From contig OZ242326.1 in NCBI GenBank assembly GCA_965208325.1, positions 2,688,001-2,752,000 on the forward strand: 64,000 nucleotides of DNA, read 5' to 3'. This DNA is from Candidatus Poribacteria bacterium (GTDB lineage: Bacteria > Poribacteria > WGA-4E > PCPOR2b). This document shows positions 28,822 to 38,490 of the stretch, in pieces. The notes beneath the pieces are model-generated. The model was not told where the DNA came from. It did no database searches and saw only the letters and a program-made list of their open reading frames with translations. A program made the position numbers and the translations under genes. Every line of letters starts with the position of its first letter. Within the stretch, counting starts at the first letter, position 1.

Positions 28822-30873
28822 ATGTTAAAGCGATACTTTAAGCAGATCGCGCTTGCCGTAATCTGCATCAGCAATCCATTGCCGACGGTTTTTCTCGGAA
28901 ATGCCCTAGGCGATCAGCCCGATTCAGAACTGACCGATGCGAAACCTGTTGAACTCGACGAGATTGTCGTGACACCCGGCCGGTTTGCGATTGATGACGA
29001 AACGCCGTCAAGGATATCCCTCTCAAAACGGCTCATTGAACGCTTTCCGCTGGTTGATAACGACGTGATGCGGGCTGCACATGTTTTCCCGGGGGTCGTT
29101 GCAAGCGATTACAGTGCGCGATTCAGCGTGCGAGGCGGCGAAAAGGACGACGTTCTGGTGAGGTTGGACGGCATGGAGCTCTTCAATCCGTACCACCTGC
29201 AAGACTTTGGCGGCGCAGTTTCACTCGTTGGGCTAGATTTAATTCAACGCGTCGAACTGTTGATGGGCGGCTTCCCCGTGGAATACGGGGACAAAATGTC
29301 TGGCGTGTTCGACATGACAACAAAGTCCAAGAAAATCGACAAGGTTTCCGCGAATTTCGGAGTTGACCTTATCAATACAACCGCGATGGTGGAAGGCCCC
29401 TTATCAGAGAAAGGGTCGTGGCGCCTATCTGCACGCCGCGGCTACGTTGACCTGATTCTTGCGCTAATCGATCTTGATGAGGACTACAAGCCGCAATATG
29501 CTGATGCCTACGCCAAACTTACCTATTCGCCGACACAGACGGACACAATCACTCTAAACGGTCTATACGGTTGGGACAAGAACCGGATTCGGCAAGAAGA
29601 CATCGAAAATAACTTAGATTCGAGATATGACAACTTGACCGTTTGGACGCGGTGGCGGCATCGCTTTGGAAATGCGAACTGGTCAGATGTGTTTGTTTTT
29701 GGGGGAAACGCAGCGCAAGACCGGCGCACCGGAGCCGAGGACTTCGATGTACGCTCGTTCGGTTTCTTCGGAGCCAAAACCGAATTTACAGCCGGATTTC
29801 TGGACAAACACCTGTTTCGCAGCGGAATTGAATGGCGCAGGATGACAGCGCAATACGAGTACGATGTCCGCGAGCGGCAACCCGGTGTCAATAATTATGC
29901 AAGGGTAGTTGCGGACCTAGAAGGCAGCGGCGGCGAACTGAAGGCATACATTCAAGATGAGTGGCAGCTCCACCCGAAACTCGCGTTCAACTTTGGCGGG
30001 CGGTATATATTCCAAGACTATCGCGCTGCGGGTATCCAAAACTACGAATTAGGACCCCGCGCGGCGCTTGCCGTTCGCCCAACAGAGAAGCTAGTGTTGC
30101 GCGGGGCGTGGGGGTTTTATCACCAACCCATCCGTTTGATGAATATCCCTGTCGAGGACGGTGTTCAGACTGTCGGGCGCGCTGAACAAGCGGTTCATTA
30201 CATTCTCGGCGGCGAATACCGTCCAAGCGATAATTTCCTGTTCCGTTTGGAGTCGTATTCAAAAACATTGGACAATCTTGCGGGTCGGCTCAGGGAATTT
30301 GGCCGGCAGGCACAGATTTTCACGCCTCCGGAATCCGGGGCGGCAAAAGGGGTAGATATATTTGTCACGCATGCGGTTTCAAACCGGTTCACGTGGAGCA
30401 TCGGCTATGCATACACGGTTGCCAAAGAAAGTGCAGGCGGCGAGACATTTTTCCGGCAGTCTGACCGGCGGCATGCAGTCGCAGTCAGCAGCAGCCATCA
30501 ACTTTCGCGCGGGCGGCATCTCTATCTGACGTGGCGTTTCCATTCCGGCGAACCGAGAACGCCGTTGACGCATTCGCTGGTCTCTCTGCCGAAGGGAAAC
30601 ATCGCCTGCGACCGGCAGTTCGAGGCGACGCATTCAGAGCGGATGCCGCCCTATCACAGTCTCGATTTTCGGTTCACGGATCGGAATCCATACAGCCGGT
30701 GGGAACTCACCTGGTATTTCCAAATTTTAAATCTTTACAATCGAACTAACCTTGACCAGTATGCTTTCAGTGAGGTGCGAGACGAGGAAACGGGAGCGCT
30801 CATCCGATGCGAAATTGATGAAGAGCCGATGCTGCCGATTCTGCCGACATTGGGCGTTATGGTCGCGTTTTAA
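28822..30873 (+). CDS. TonB-dependent receptor
   Basis: DEIVVT, plug VRGG...LDG...NPYHL...GGFPVEYG..MSGV, YIQDEW, NLYNRTN, C-terminal Phe. Confidence 0.92.
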   Translation: MLKRYFKQIALAVICISNPLPTVFLGNALGDQPDSELTDAKPVELDEIVVTPGRFAIDDETPSRISLSKRLIERFPLVDNDVMRAAHVFPGVVASDYSARFSVRGGEKDDVLVRLDGMELFNPYHLQDFGGAVSLVGLDLIQRVELLMGGFPVEYGDKMSGVFDMTTKSKKIDKVSANFGVDLINTTAMVEGPLSEKGSWRLSARRGYVDLILALIDLDEDYKPQYADAYAKLTYSPTQTDTITLNGLYGWDKNRIRQEDIENNLDSRYDNLTVWTRWRHRFGNANWSDVFVFGGNAAQDRRTGAEDFDVRSFGFFGAKTEFTAGFLDKHLFRSGIEWRRMTAQYEYDVRERQPGVNNYARVVADLEGSGGELKAYIQDEWQLHPKLAFNFGGRYIFQDYRAAGIQNYELGPRAALAVRPTEKLVLRGAWGFYHQPIRLMNIPVEDGVQTVGRAEQAVHYILGGEYRPSDNFLFRLESYSKTLDNLAGRLREFGRQAQIFTPPESGAAKGVDIFVTHAVSNRFTWSIGYAYTVAKESAGGETFFRQSDRRHAVAVSSSHQLSRGRHLYLTWRFHSGEPRTPLTHSLVSLPKGNIACDRQFEATHSERMPPYHSLDFRFTDRNPYSRWELTWYFQILNLYNRTNLDQYAFSEVRDEETGALIRCEIDEEPMLPILPTLGVMVAF

Positions 30874-31169
30874 TAATTACTGAATCCAGTTAGATGGGCC
30901 CGCAACGGGAAGCAAGTTTTGCTGAATAAAGAGAGTGGATTGTCTTAAAATAGTATCAAATGACCAGATGATAGCTGGTATGCTGATGTTTATTGACTTC
31001 TAGCCATCACCAATAAGCAAGTTCGGTTTGGCTTAGTTAGCGTATCCATCTAGAATGCCATGCGACTAGATATATTAGAAAGGATAGCGTATACCAAGTC
31101 TAATGTTCAATTACTGTGACTTCTAGCTTCAAAGGCGATTGACTTTTTTAGACGAAAGGAGTAATAATT

Positions 31170-32198
31170 ATGTGGACTCGTATTATACGCACGGTTTTCT
31201 TTTGTATCTTAGTGGGAACGATATGGGCGCAGAAACTCGATTCGCAATTGAAGTGGACGTTACTCGATAATGGAATGCAGATGCGCCATGTATATTCGCT
31301 CGAAGCGACGGGACATCGGTTGTATGCCGGGACATCATTCGGGATATTCATCTCTTCTGACGATGGAAAAACGTGGCTGCCAACTGCCATCAATAAAGCG
31401 ATTAGTACGCTTACCGTAAGTGGGAATACCGTCTATGCAGGAACAGGGTCTCAAGGTGTGTACCGGTCAGATGATACCGGAGTGACGTGGAAACCTATTC
31501 GAGACGGATTACGCTTTAAAGTCGACGATGACGGACGCTATTTCGGTGATGTCCGTCGCATTCTCATTACAAACAACAGCATTATCAGCGTGATGTACCA
31601 TGGTGGCACCTATACATCAACGGATCGTGGGGAAACGTGGCACGACGTTTCAAAGGAATGGCCATCGGGCGACAGCATCTTCTCAATGACGGAGTTCGGT
31701 GGTTATCTCTGGAGCGCGTTCTCAATCACCGGCATGCATCGTTCGCCCGACAACGGGCAGACATGGGAATTGATTCCCCGATTCGAACGGGGCCGCGTAT
31801 ATGATTGGGCAGCTCTTGATGGACGACTCTACGCCGCTGGTGGGGAAGGCATCGGGCGCTGGAATGAGGCGACGCAGATGTGGGAATACCCGATGAACGG
31901 ACTTCCAACCGGTAGTTTCGTCACTAGTTTCGCCGTATGGAATGGTCGTCTGTTCGCCGGATTATTGAACAAGCACGGTGTTTATGCCTTTGACGCATCG
32001 TCGGAAACATGGTCATATGTGAATCTTGTCGGACATTCTGTGTCGTGCATTCTATCGCACAGAAAGGCTCTCTACGCAGGTACGGAGAATTATGGTGGCA
32101 TCTATCGCGCCGAACCCATGTCCGTCTCGGTCCAGGTACATGGGAAAGTACCCACGGTGTTGGCCCGCGTGAAATGGGACGTTCTCAAGCGAAAGTGA
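31170..32198 (+). CDS. secreted BNR/Asp-box beta-propeller protein
   Basis: signal peptide; SSDDGKTW, SDDTGVTW, STDRGETW, SPDNGQTW Asp-boxes. Confidence 0.85.
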   Translation: MWTRIIRTVFFCILVGTIWAQKLDSQLKWTLLDNGMQMRHVYSLEATGHRLYAGTSFGIFISSDDGKTWLPTAINKAISTLTVSGNTVYAGTGSQGVYRSDDTGVTWKPIRDGLRFKVDDDGRYFGDVRRILITNNSIISVMYHGGTYTSTDRGETWHDVSKEWPSGDSIFSMTEFGGYLWSAFSITGMHRSPDNGQTWELIPRFERGRVYDWAALDGRLYAAGGEGIGRWNEATQMWEYPMNGLPTGSFVTSFAVWNGRLFAGLLNKHGVYAFDASSETWSYVNLVGHSVSCILSHRKALYAGTENYGGIYRAEPMSVSVQVHGKVPTVLARVKWDVLKRK

Positions 32199-32459
32199 TT
32201 AGCCCTATCCGAAACAGAGTTTCTTGGCGAATTAAGTCCTAGAATTCTGTTGTTCATTGTAATTGTCGTACACCTGTGTTCAATTTATGAACTGCAATCC
32301 GTGATGAAATCCGCTGCATTCTCCAACAGCAGCGGACTTAGCCTCGGGAGGGGAGTTACGTCGAGATGGGATTCGGGTTGAGAAATCAAGTTAGATATTG
32401 TTAAAATATCTGAAGCAGCGTCTCAGATTCACATTTTAAACGAACAAAAGGAGGAGAAA

Positions 32460-33434
32460 ATGAGAGTGAACAATGTTATGTTTTGCCTCATCGCGCTTTG
32501 GGGCGTAGTTCCATTCGTCCGTGCCGACACCGCTCGGGCAGATGAGGAGGCTTTAATCAATAGCAGATTGGCTTCCATGTTTCAGAAGGCGGAGAATTTT
32601 GAGGAGAAGCGCGTAACATTGTCCGAAGATAAAGCCGCATCCATCGAAAAGAAGATTGGCGCAACGTTACTCGACGAGGACCGCAACCCCATATTTTACA
32701 TCGCGTACAACGACAAAAAGAAGCCGATGGGATTAGTACGATTCGTCAAGGTCAAAGGACCGCACGGTATCATAAGCGGCGGGGTTGCCTTAAATATGAG
32801 CGGAAAAGTAGTCAAGGTCGACGTTTACAAGCACAAGGAATCCTCCAAAATCGGCGAGGAAGCGTTCCTTTCACAATTCATCGGCAAGGGAATCGATGAC
32901 AAGTTTAAGCTTGGGAAGGACATTAAGCCCGTCGAAGGGGAGTCGGAAGCCTCTCAAGCCGTTGCGATGATCCCCAAAAAAACGCTCGTGATGAGCTACG
33001 CACTCTTCTTCAAAAAGAAAGAGAAGCCAAAACCGGTAGGTGATGAAGATTATAAAATCGAAGACCTACATGCGCTAATGCACGAGATGCACGAATCTTA
33101 CATCTTGATACGGGAATATTTCAAGACCGGCGAAAATCAAGCCGATGCGGTTAAGGCAGCAAATCAGCTTTGGGAATATGCAAATTTAATCGCCGATTTT
33201 GAACCTCCGAAGAATCCGAATAACCAGGAAGAATACCTCCATTTGCAGAAAAAGACCCAAGATGCACTTCTTGAATTCGCCGAATCGCTCGAAAAAGATG
33301 GGGTTACAGAAAAGACTCGCAAACAGTGGCAGCAGCTCCTTGATGTGGTTAACCAGGCGCATCTTCGATTTAGCGTGGAGGAGATTGACCTTGACGAAGA
33401 TTTAAAGGAGGATAATGGAGAGGAAGAAAAATGA
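32460..33434 (+). CDS. periplasmic fusion: FMN_bind (RnfG/NqrC-like) domain plus cytochrome b562/c'-like four-helix bundle
   Basis: signal peptide; FLSQFIGK...LGKDIKPVEGESEASQAV (degenerate DxxSGAT region); C-terminal EDLHALM...EPPK...VNQAHLRF. Confidence 0.65.
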   Translation: MRVNNVMFCLIALWGVVPFVRADTARADEEALINSRLASMFQKAENFEEKRVTLSEDKAASIEKKIGATLLDEDRNPIFYIAYNDKKKPMGLVRFVKVKGPHGIISGGVALNMSGKVVKVDVYKHKESSKIGEEAFLSQFIGKGIDDKFKLGKDIKPVEGESEASQAVAMIPKKTLVMSYALFFKKKEKPKPVGDEDYKIEDLHALMHEMHESYILIREYFKTGENQADAVKAANQLWEYANLIADFEPPKNPNNQEEYLHLQKKTQDALLEFAESLEKDGVTEKTRKQWQQLLDVVNQAHLRFSVEEIDLDEDLKEDNGEEEK

Positions 33435-33916
33435 CTTCTGAAACGCATTTCGAACAATCTAAACGGCGCACCTTCTTTAAATCCGGCATCGCCTTCATCA
33501 GCGGTGTCATTAGCTTGGCGATGGCGGTGCCGCTAATCGGTGCTGCGATAGCTCCTGCGTTCAAAAAAGGGCAAAAAAAATGGGTGGATCTGGGGCTCGT
33601 CGAGCTGCTTAAAGGCGCCCGCCACAAGAAGATTAACTACACTTTTCAAGCCAAAGATGGCTGGGTCCAAGCGACTAGAGAACGCTCCGTTTATGTGACG
33701 GATGAAGGCGGCGGACGTTTTGTGGTTTTTTCGCGCGTCTGCACACACCTCGGTTGCCTCGTCCGATGGGACGAAAAGAAAAGGCACTACCACTGCCCCT
33801 GCCACGGCGGTATCTTTGACGAAACTGGGAATGTCATCGCCGGACCGCCGCCGCGTCCTTTGGAGCGGCCGTCGGTCAAGGTGGAAAACGGCATTCTGTA
33901 CGTCAGGGAGGTATAG
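33431..33916 (+). CDS. Rieske 2Fe-2S subunit of a Rieske/cytochrome b complex
   Basis: Tat motif KRRTFF plus TM segment; CTHLGC and CPCHGG boxes; GPPPRPL. Confidence 0.96.
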   Translation: MTSETHFEQSKRRTFFKSGIAFISGVISLAMAVPLIGAAIAPAFKKGQKKWVDLGLVELLKGARHKKINYTFQAKDGWVQATRERSVYVTDEGGGRFVVFSRVCTHLGCLVRWDEKKRHYHCPCHGGIFDETGNVIAGPPPRPLERPSVKVENGILYVREV

Positions 33917-33919
33917 CAA

Positions 33920-35092
33920 TTGAGACGCAGGATTGCCGCATTTTTTGAATCTCGCCTTCCTTTAAGCGATGTAGTAAATCATCTCAAAAAACCGCTCCCG
34001 AAGCATATCAACTGGCTCTTCTCTTTGGGTAGTATGGCGGCCTTCCTTCTGATTCTTCAAGCCGTCACGGGGGCGTTTTTGGCGCTCTATTATTCGCCCT
34101 CGCCCGATCACGCCTATAATTCGGTGAAATACATCAGTCACGAAGTCCCCTTCGGCGCTTTTGTCCGCGGCCTACACCACTGGGGCTCCAGCGCGTTGGT
34201 GATTGTCGTGTTCTTGCATCTCCTGCGGGTCGCACTTTACGGTTCCTACAAAGCCCCAAGGGAACTGACGTGGATAGTCGGTGTTATTCTTTTTATGGTC
34301 GTGTTAGGATTTGGTTTTACAGGCTATCTGCTGCCATGGGACCAAAAGGCGTACTGGGCAACGGTGGTCGGTGTGGAGATTGCAGGCACAGTACCGTTAG
34401 TAGGTGACTTCATCGCAAAGATTCTTCGCGGCGGCGCCGAAGTCGGCGCTGTCACCCTGACACGATTTTACACCCTCCATACCATCTGGCTGCCGTGGCT
34501 CGTTTTTGTGCTCGTCGGGCTCCATCTGTTTTTCGTGCGCTACTACGGCTCTGCCGGATTGCCCCAAAACAGACCCGAAGAAATGCAGGGCGGCAAACCC
34601 TTCTATCCGGATCAGCTCTTTGAAGATGCGGTCGCCATTTTGGTGCTGTTCATTTTGCTCGCCGCAGCAGCGATTTTTATTCCTGTTCCGCTCGAAGAAC
34701 TCGCCGATTCGACCGACGCTAGCTACGACCCGCGTCCGGAATGGTATTTCCTGTTTCTGTTTCAATTGCTCAGATATTTCGAGGGACCGCTTGAAGTAAT
34801 CGGCACTTTCGTGATTCCTACAGCTGCCATCGTCCTCCTTCTACTCCTGCCCTTTTTGGATAAGCGCGAGCGAGTACCCCTGCGAAAACGACCGGTTGCA
34901 CTTGCTGTCACCAGCCTATCCGTGCTTGCCATTGTCACACTCACCATCCTCGGTGGGCGTTCTCCAAAACTGGAAACCCCATCGGAACCCTCAATTAAGC
35001 AATCTGAATCCCCGTCCAATGGCGCAAATCAGAGCGAGGATGCGACTCCCGATGAAGATGCAGACGACACTCCAGTATTCGATTTCAACTGA
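33920..35092 (+). CDS. cytochrome b subunit (fused b6 plus subunit-IV type)
   Basis: RGLHHWGSS...HLLR, GYLLPWDQKAYWA, RFYTLH...GLH, PFYP, PEWYFLF, LPFLD; TTG start. Confidence 0.96.
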   Translation: MRRRIAAFFESRLPLSDVVNHLKKPLPKHINWLFSLGSMAAFLLILQAVTGAFLALYYSPSPDHAYNSVKYISHEVPFGAFVRGLHHWGSSALVIVVFLHLLRVALYGSYKAPRELTWIVGVILFMVVLGFGFTGYLLPWDQKAYWATVVGVEIAGTVPLVGDFIAKILRGGAEVGAVTLTRFYTLHTIWLPWLVFVLVGLHLFFVRYYGSAGLPQNRPEEMQGGKPFYPDQLFEDAVAILVLFILLAAAAIFIPVPLEELADSTDASYDPRPEWYFLFLFQLLRYFEGPLEVIGTFVIPTAAIVLLLLLPFLDKRERVPLRKRPVALAVTSLSVLAIVTLTILGGRSPKLETPSEPSIKQSESPSNGANQSEDATPDEDADDTPVFDFN

Positions 35093-35189
35093 CGTTTTGC
35101 CCTCCCACAACTCCCGCTCTCCCTAATCCTGAATATCATTTAATCACAAAAATCACAGTTCAGACAATGCGAGTCCCAACACAATTTGC

Positions 35190-35218
35190 TTGCGCCAACT
35201 GTGCCTGTATGCTAAAAT
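35190..35218 (+). promoter_or_regulatory. sigma70-type promoter for yebC-ruvCAB
   Basis: TTGCGC-N17-TAAAAT with extended -10 TG. Confidence 0.5.
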
Positions 35219-35253
35219 AGGTTTGACTCAACAAACAATAAAGGAAAAATCAA

Positions 35254-36000
35254 ATGTCCGGTCACTCTAAGTGGGCGCAAATCAAACACCGTAAAGCCGC
35301 AGTTGATTCCAAGCGCGGAAAACTTTTCTCAAGACTCATTAAGGAAATTACCGTTGCAGCGCGTCTTGACGGTTCCGATATTGACATGAATCCCCGCTTG
35401 AGGACTGCCGTGTCAACTGCGAAATCAAACAATGTACCGAACGACAACATTGAAAAGGCAATCCTTCGCGGAACCGGCGAACTCGAAGGGGTTGATTACG
35501 AAGAGGTAACATATGAGGGATACGGCCCCGACGGTGTCGCAATTATGATTGAAGTCTTAACGGACAATAAAAATCGGGCAATTGCCGCTGTGAGGCACAT
35601 CTTAAACAAACACGGCGGAAGTATTGGGGAGCGGGGCTGCGTGTCTTGGCTTTTTGAAAAGCGCGGGCTAATCGTTGTCGCAAAACAAAATGTCGATGAA
35701 GATGAACTTTTCATGCTCGCCCTCGATTCCGGGGCGGACGACCTCATACCTTCAGATGACCAGATTGAGATTGTTTCTTCCGTTGAGCAATTCGATCGGG
35801 TGAGAGCGGCAGTGGAAGAATCCGGTGCGGCCATTCTTGCAGCCGATCTCAGCATGATTCCTCAGACTACCGTGAAATTAGAAGGCAAAGCAGCGGAACG
35901 AATGCTGCGCTTGATGGAATCGCTCGAAGAAAATGACGATGTTCAGAAAGTGCATGCGAATTTTGACATCCCCGATGAAATATTGGAAGCGGCTGCCTAA
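35254..36000 (+). CDS. yebC: YebC/PmpR family protein
   Basis: MSGHSKWAQIKHRK, YEGYGPDG, TDNKNR, DDVQKVHAN. Confidence 0.97.
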   Translation: MSGHSKWAQIKHRKAAVDSKRGKLFSRLIKEITVAARLDGSDIDMNPRLRTAVSTAKSNNVPNDNIEKAILRGTGELEGVDYEEVTYEGYGPDGVAIMIEVLTDNKNRAIAAVRHILNKHGGSIGERGCVSWLFEKRGLIVVAKQNVDEDELFMLALDSGADDLIPSDDQIEIVSSVEQFDRVRAAVEESGAAILAADLSMIPQTTVKLEGKAAERMLRLMESLEENDDVQKVHANFDIPDEILEAAA

Positions 36001-36497
36001 TGGTTGTCCTCGGCATTGATCCGGGAATTGCAAATACCGGCTACGGACTCATAGAAGCCGATAGAACCCCGCTCAGGCTCATTGATTTTGGAACCATCAC
36101 GACGAGCTCCCAAACCGAATCCCCTCATCGCTTGAAATCCATCTACGACCGGCTCAACCGCCTCGCGTCTCAACACCACCCCGATTTTTTTGTGTTTGAA
36201 GATCTATTTTTTAGCAAAAATGTTAGCAGTGCACTAGCAGTTGGCGAAGCTAGAGGCATCGCGAAATTGGTAGCTGCAAACATGAATCGGGATGTATTCA
36301 GCTACACGCCCGCACATGTAAAACAATCTGTTGTTGGATTCGGCAAAGCCAGCAAACGCCAAATTCAGGAAATGGTCAAAACCTTACTACGATTGGATAC
36401 AATACCGCACCCGGATCACGCCGCCGATGCACTTGCCGTTGCGATTTGTCATGCTCGTTCCCACAAAATGCTGCAGCTGCAAGAAAGGTTGAGTTGA
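36000..36497 (+). CDS. ruvC: Holliday junction resolvase RuvC
   Basis: LGIDPG, EDLFFSKN, EARG, GKASKRQ, DHAADALAVAICH. Confidence 0.97.
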   Translation: MVVLGIDPGIANTGYGLIEADRTPLRLIDFGTITTSSQTESPHRLKSIYDRLNRLASQHHPDFFVFEDLFFSKNVSSALAVGEARGIAKLVAANMNRDVFSYTPAHVKQSVVGFGKASKRQIQEMVKTLLRLDTIPHPDHAADALAVAICHARSHKMLQLQERLS

Positions 36498-37105
36498 TGA
36501 TTGCGTTTGTCAAGGGAATTTTGGAGTTTAGCGGCCCCCAACGAGCAGTCGTCGAAGTCAATGACATCGGTTACAGCATTGAAATCCCATCGAACGCTGC
36601 GGCAAAATTGCCCGATATTGGATCGGAAGTCAAGTTTTACACCTACCACCACTGTCGAGAGAATGAAATCAAACTTTTTGGCTTTACCACAAGGGATGAA
36701 TTAAAAGTCTTCGAAATAGCCCTTACCGTAAAGGGTATCGGCCCATCCCTTGCGCAAAATATTGTTTCTAAGCTATCGCCTGTCGAATTTCAACGGGCTG
36801 TCCGCGATGGCGACCATGAAACGTTGACGGCAGTGCCGCGGCTGAATGAAGAGATGGCGCAACTCATTATTATTAAGCTGAAAAACGCCATCGGCAAAAT
36901 TCACTTTGATGAAAAATCAGATGGCACCGCGCCGCAGCAGCGTGCAGAGGAAGGAATTAAAGCGATTGTTGGCTTAGGCGCTTCTGAAAATACCGCAGAA
37001 TGGGCGATGGCGGAGGCGCAGAAGGCGTTGGGAAAAGCCGCAGAATTAGAAGAATTGATTCGGCTCGCACTCCGATATATATCTAAGAGGCCTTCAAGAA
37101 TTTAA
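36497..37105 (+). CDS. ruvA: Holliday junction branch migration protein RuvA
   Basis: MIAFVKG (ATG 36497), VNDIGY, RE..IKLFGF, VKGIGP; between ruvC and ruvB. Confidence 0.93.
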   Translation: MIAFVKGILEFSGPQRAVVEVNDIGYSIEIPSNAAAKLPDIGSEVKFYTYHHCRENEIKLFGFTTRDELKVFEIALTVKGIGPSLAQNIVSKLSPVEFQRAVRDGDHETLTAVPRLNEEMAQLIIIKLKNAIGKIHFDEKSDGTAPQQRAEEGIKAIVGLGASENTAEWAMAEAQKALGKAAELEELIRLALRYISKRPSRI

Positions 37106-37177
37106 AGGAATTGGGTGCTTCAACAATTTTAACTTCGATCGGGAACATTCGTTGCCGCAGGTCGGTGTGAGTTGAAA

Positions 37178-38191
37178 ATGAGCAAACAGGTACAGGAATT
37201 GTTGGAGGCATACGACGAAACCCAATATAGCCTTAGACCTCAAACTCTGAAGGAGTTTATCGGTCAAGAGACAATTAAAGAACGATTGCACATTCACATC
37301 AATGCAGCGAAACAGAGGAAACAGGCATTAGAGCACATTCTCCTAGTTGGCCCTCCCGGACTCGGAAAAACTACGCTTGCAAAGATAATCTCCAACGAAA
37401 TGGGAGGCGGCTTTAAGTCTGCGGTCGGTCCAACCATGGAACGGCTTGACCTGGCAACAATTCTAACAAATCTTGAAGCGGGCGATATTTTATTTGTCGA
37501 TGAAATTCATCGCATGAAGGGATATGTTCAGGAATCTATGTATCCCGCAATGGAGGATTATAAGATTGATTTGCCAGTCGGACAGGGACCTTCGGCGGAT
37601 ATCATTACGGTACCACTTTCCCGTTTCACGCTAGTGGGGGCGACGACGCGGGAGGGTCTGTTATCGGGACCTTTCCAAAATCGATTTGGTATTCGTATCC
37701 ATCTCGGTTATTACACCGACGATGAAATTCAGATTGCTATCAACCAATACAGCCATCGGCTGCAACCTCCGGTCGAGATTGAGGAAGAGGCGGAACGCGA
37801 GCTTGCTTGCCGCTCACGCGGTACGATGCGAATCGCCAAAAACCTGTTGCTAAACGTACGGGATTATGCAACTGTGAAATCTACCGGTGTTATCACCCAT
37901 GCAGTTGCGCAGGAAGCTTTAGAATTCTTCAGTATTGACGAACTCGGTTTGGACAAAGGCGATAGGGATTATTTGAGCACATTGATTGAAAAATTCAGCG
38001 GGCGTGCAGGGCTTAAGTCGCTAGCTGTCGCTGTCAGCGAAGATGAACGAACCATTGAGGAAGTGATCGAGCCTTATCTACTCAAAATCGGATTTCTGTC
38101 ACTCACGCCGACTGGACGCGTCGCGGCGGACCCGGCTTATGCACATTTGGGTTTTCCCTCGCCGCAAGACGCCCAACCCACGTTTTTCTAG
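37178..38191 (+). CDS. ruvB: Holliday junction branch migration ATPase RuvB
   Basis: LRPQTLKEFIGQ, GPPGLGKTTLA, FVDEIHR, GATTR, EPYLL. Confidence 0.97.
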   Translation: MSKQVQELLEAYDETQYSLRPQTLKEFIGQETIKERLHIHINAAKQRKQALEHILLVGPPGLGKTTLAKIISNEMGGGFKSAVGPTMERLDLATILTNLEAGDILFVDEIHRMKGYVQESMYPAMEDYKIDLPVGQGPSADIITVPLSRFTLVGATTREGLLSGPFQNRFGIRIHLGYYTDDEIQIAINQYSHRLQPPVEIEEEAERELACRSRGTMRIAKNLLLNVRDYATVKSTGVITHAVAQEALEFFSIDELGLDKGDRDYLSTLIEKFSGRAGLKSLAVAVSEDERTIEEVIEPYLLKIGFLSLTPTGRVAADPAYAHLGFPSPQDAQPTFF

Positions 38192-38280
38192 GCGCTGTCT
38201 TCCTCATGAGATGTTGCAACCATCAATAACTCGCCTTTTATGCATAACATAATAAATTTACTAAAAAGGAAGGTTTTACG

Positions 38281-38490
38281 ATGTCATCGCCTGTCTATAC
38301 TGCTGTTATTAAGAATGAAGGCAATTGGTGGATCGGTTGGGTTCAGGAAGTACCAGGTGTAAACTGTCAAGAAGCAACTCGAGAGGAGTTAATCGATACA
38401 CTTAAAACTACACTGAGAGAGTTCATAGAGGACGACCTTGCAGCTCTTTCAGCGCTAAGTGAATATGAAAGAGTTTCAATTAAATTGTGA
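38281..38490 (+). CDS. hicB: short HicB-like antitoxin
   Basis: YTAVIKNEGNWWIGWVQEVPGVNCQEATREEL pattern. Confidence 0.85.
   Translation: MSSPVYTAVIKNEGNWWIGWVQEVPGVNCQEATREELIDTLKTTLREFIEDDLAALSALSEYERVSIKL

Noticed and set aside
32310..32336. Hairpin TCCGCTGC/GCAGCGGA upstream of the Rieske operon as a riboswitch or terminator
   Set aside because: Only an 8-bp stem, no U-tract and no recognisable aptamer motifs
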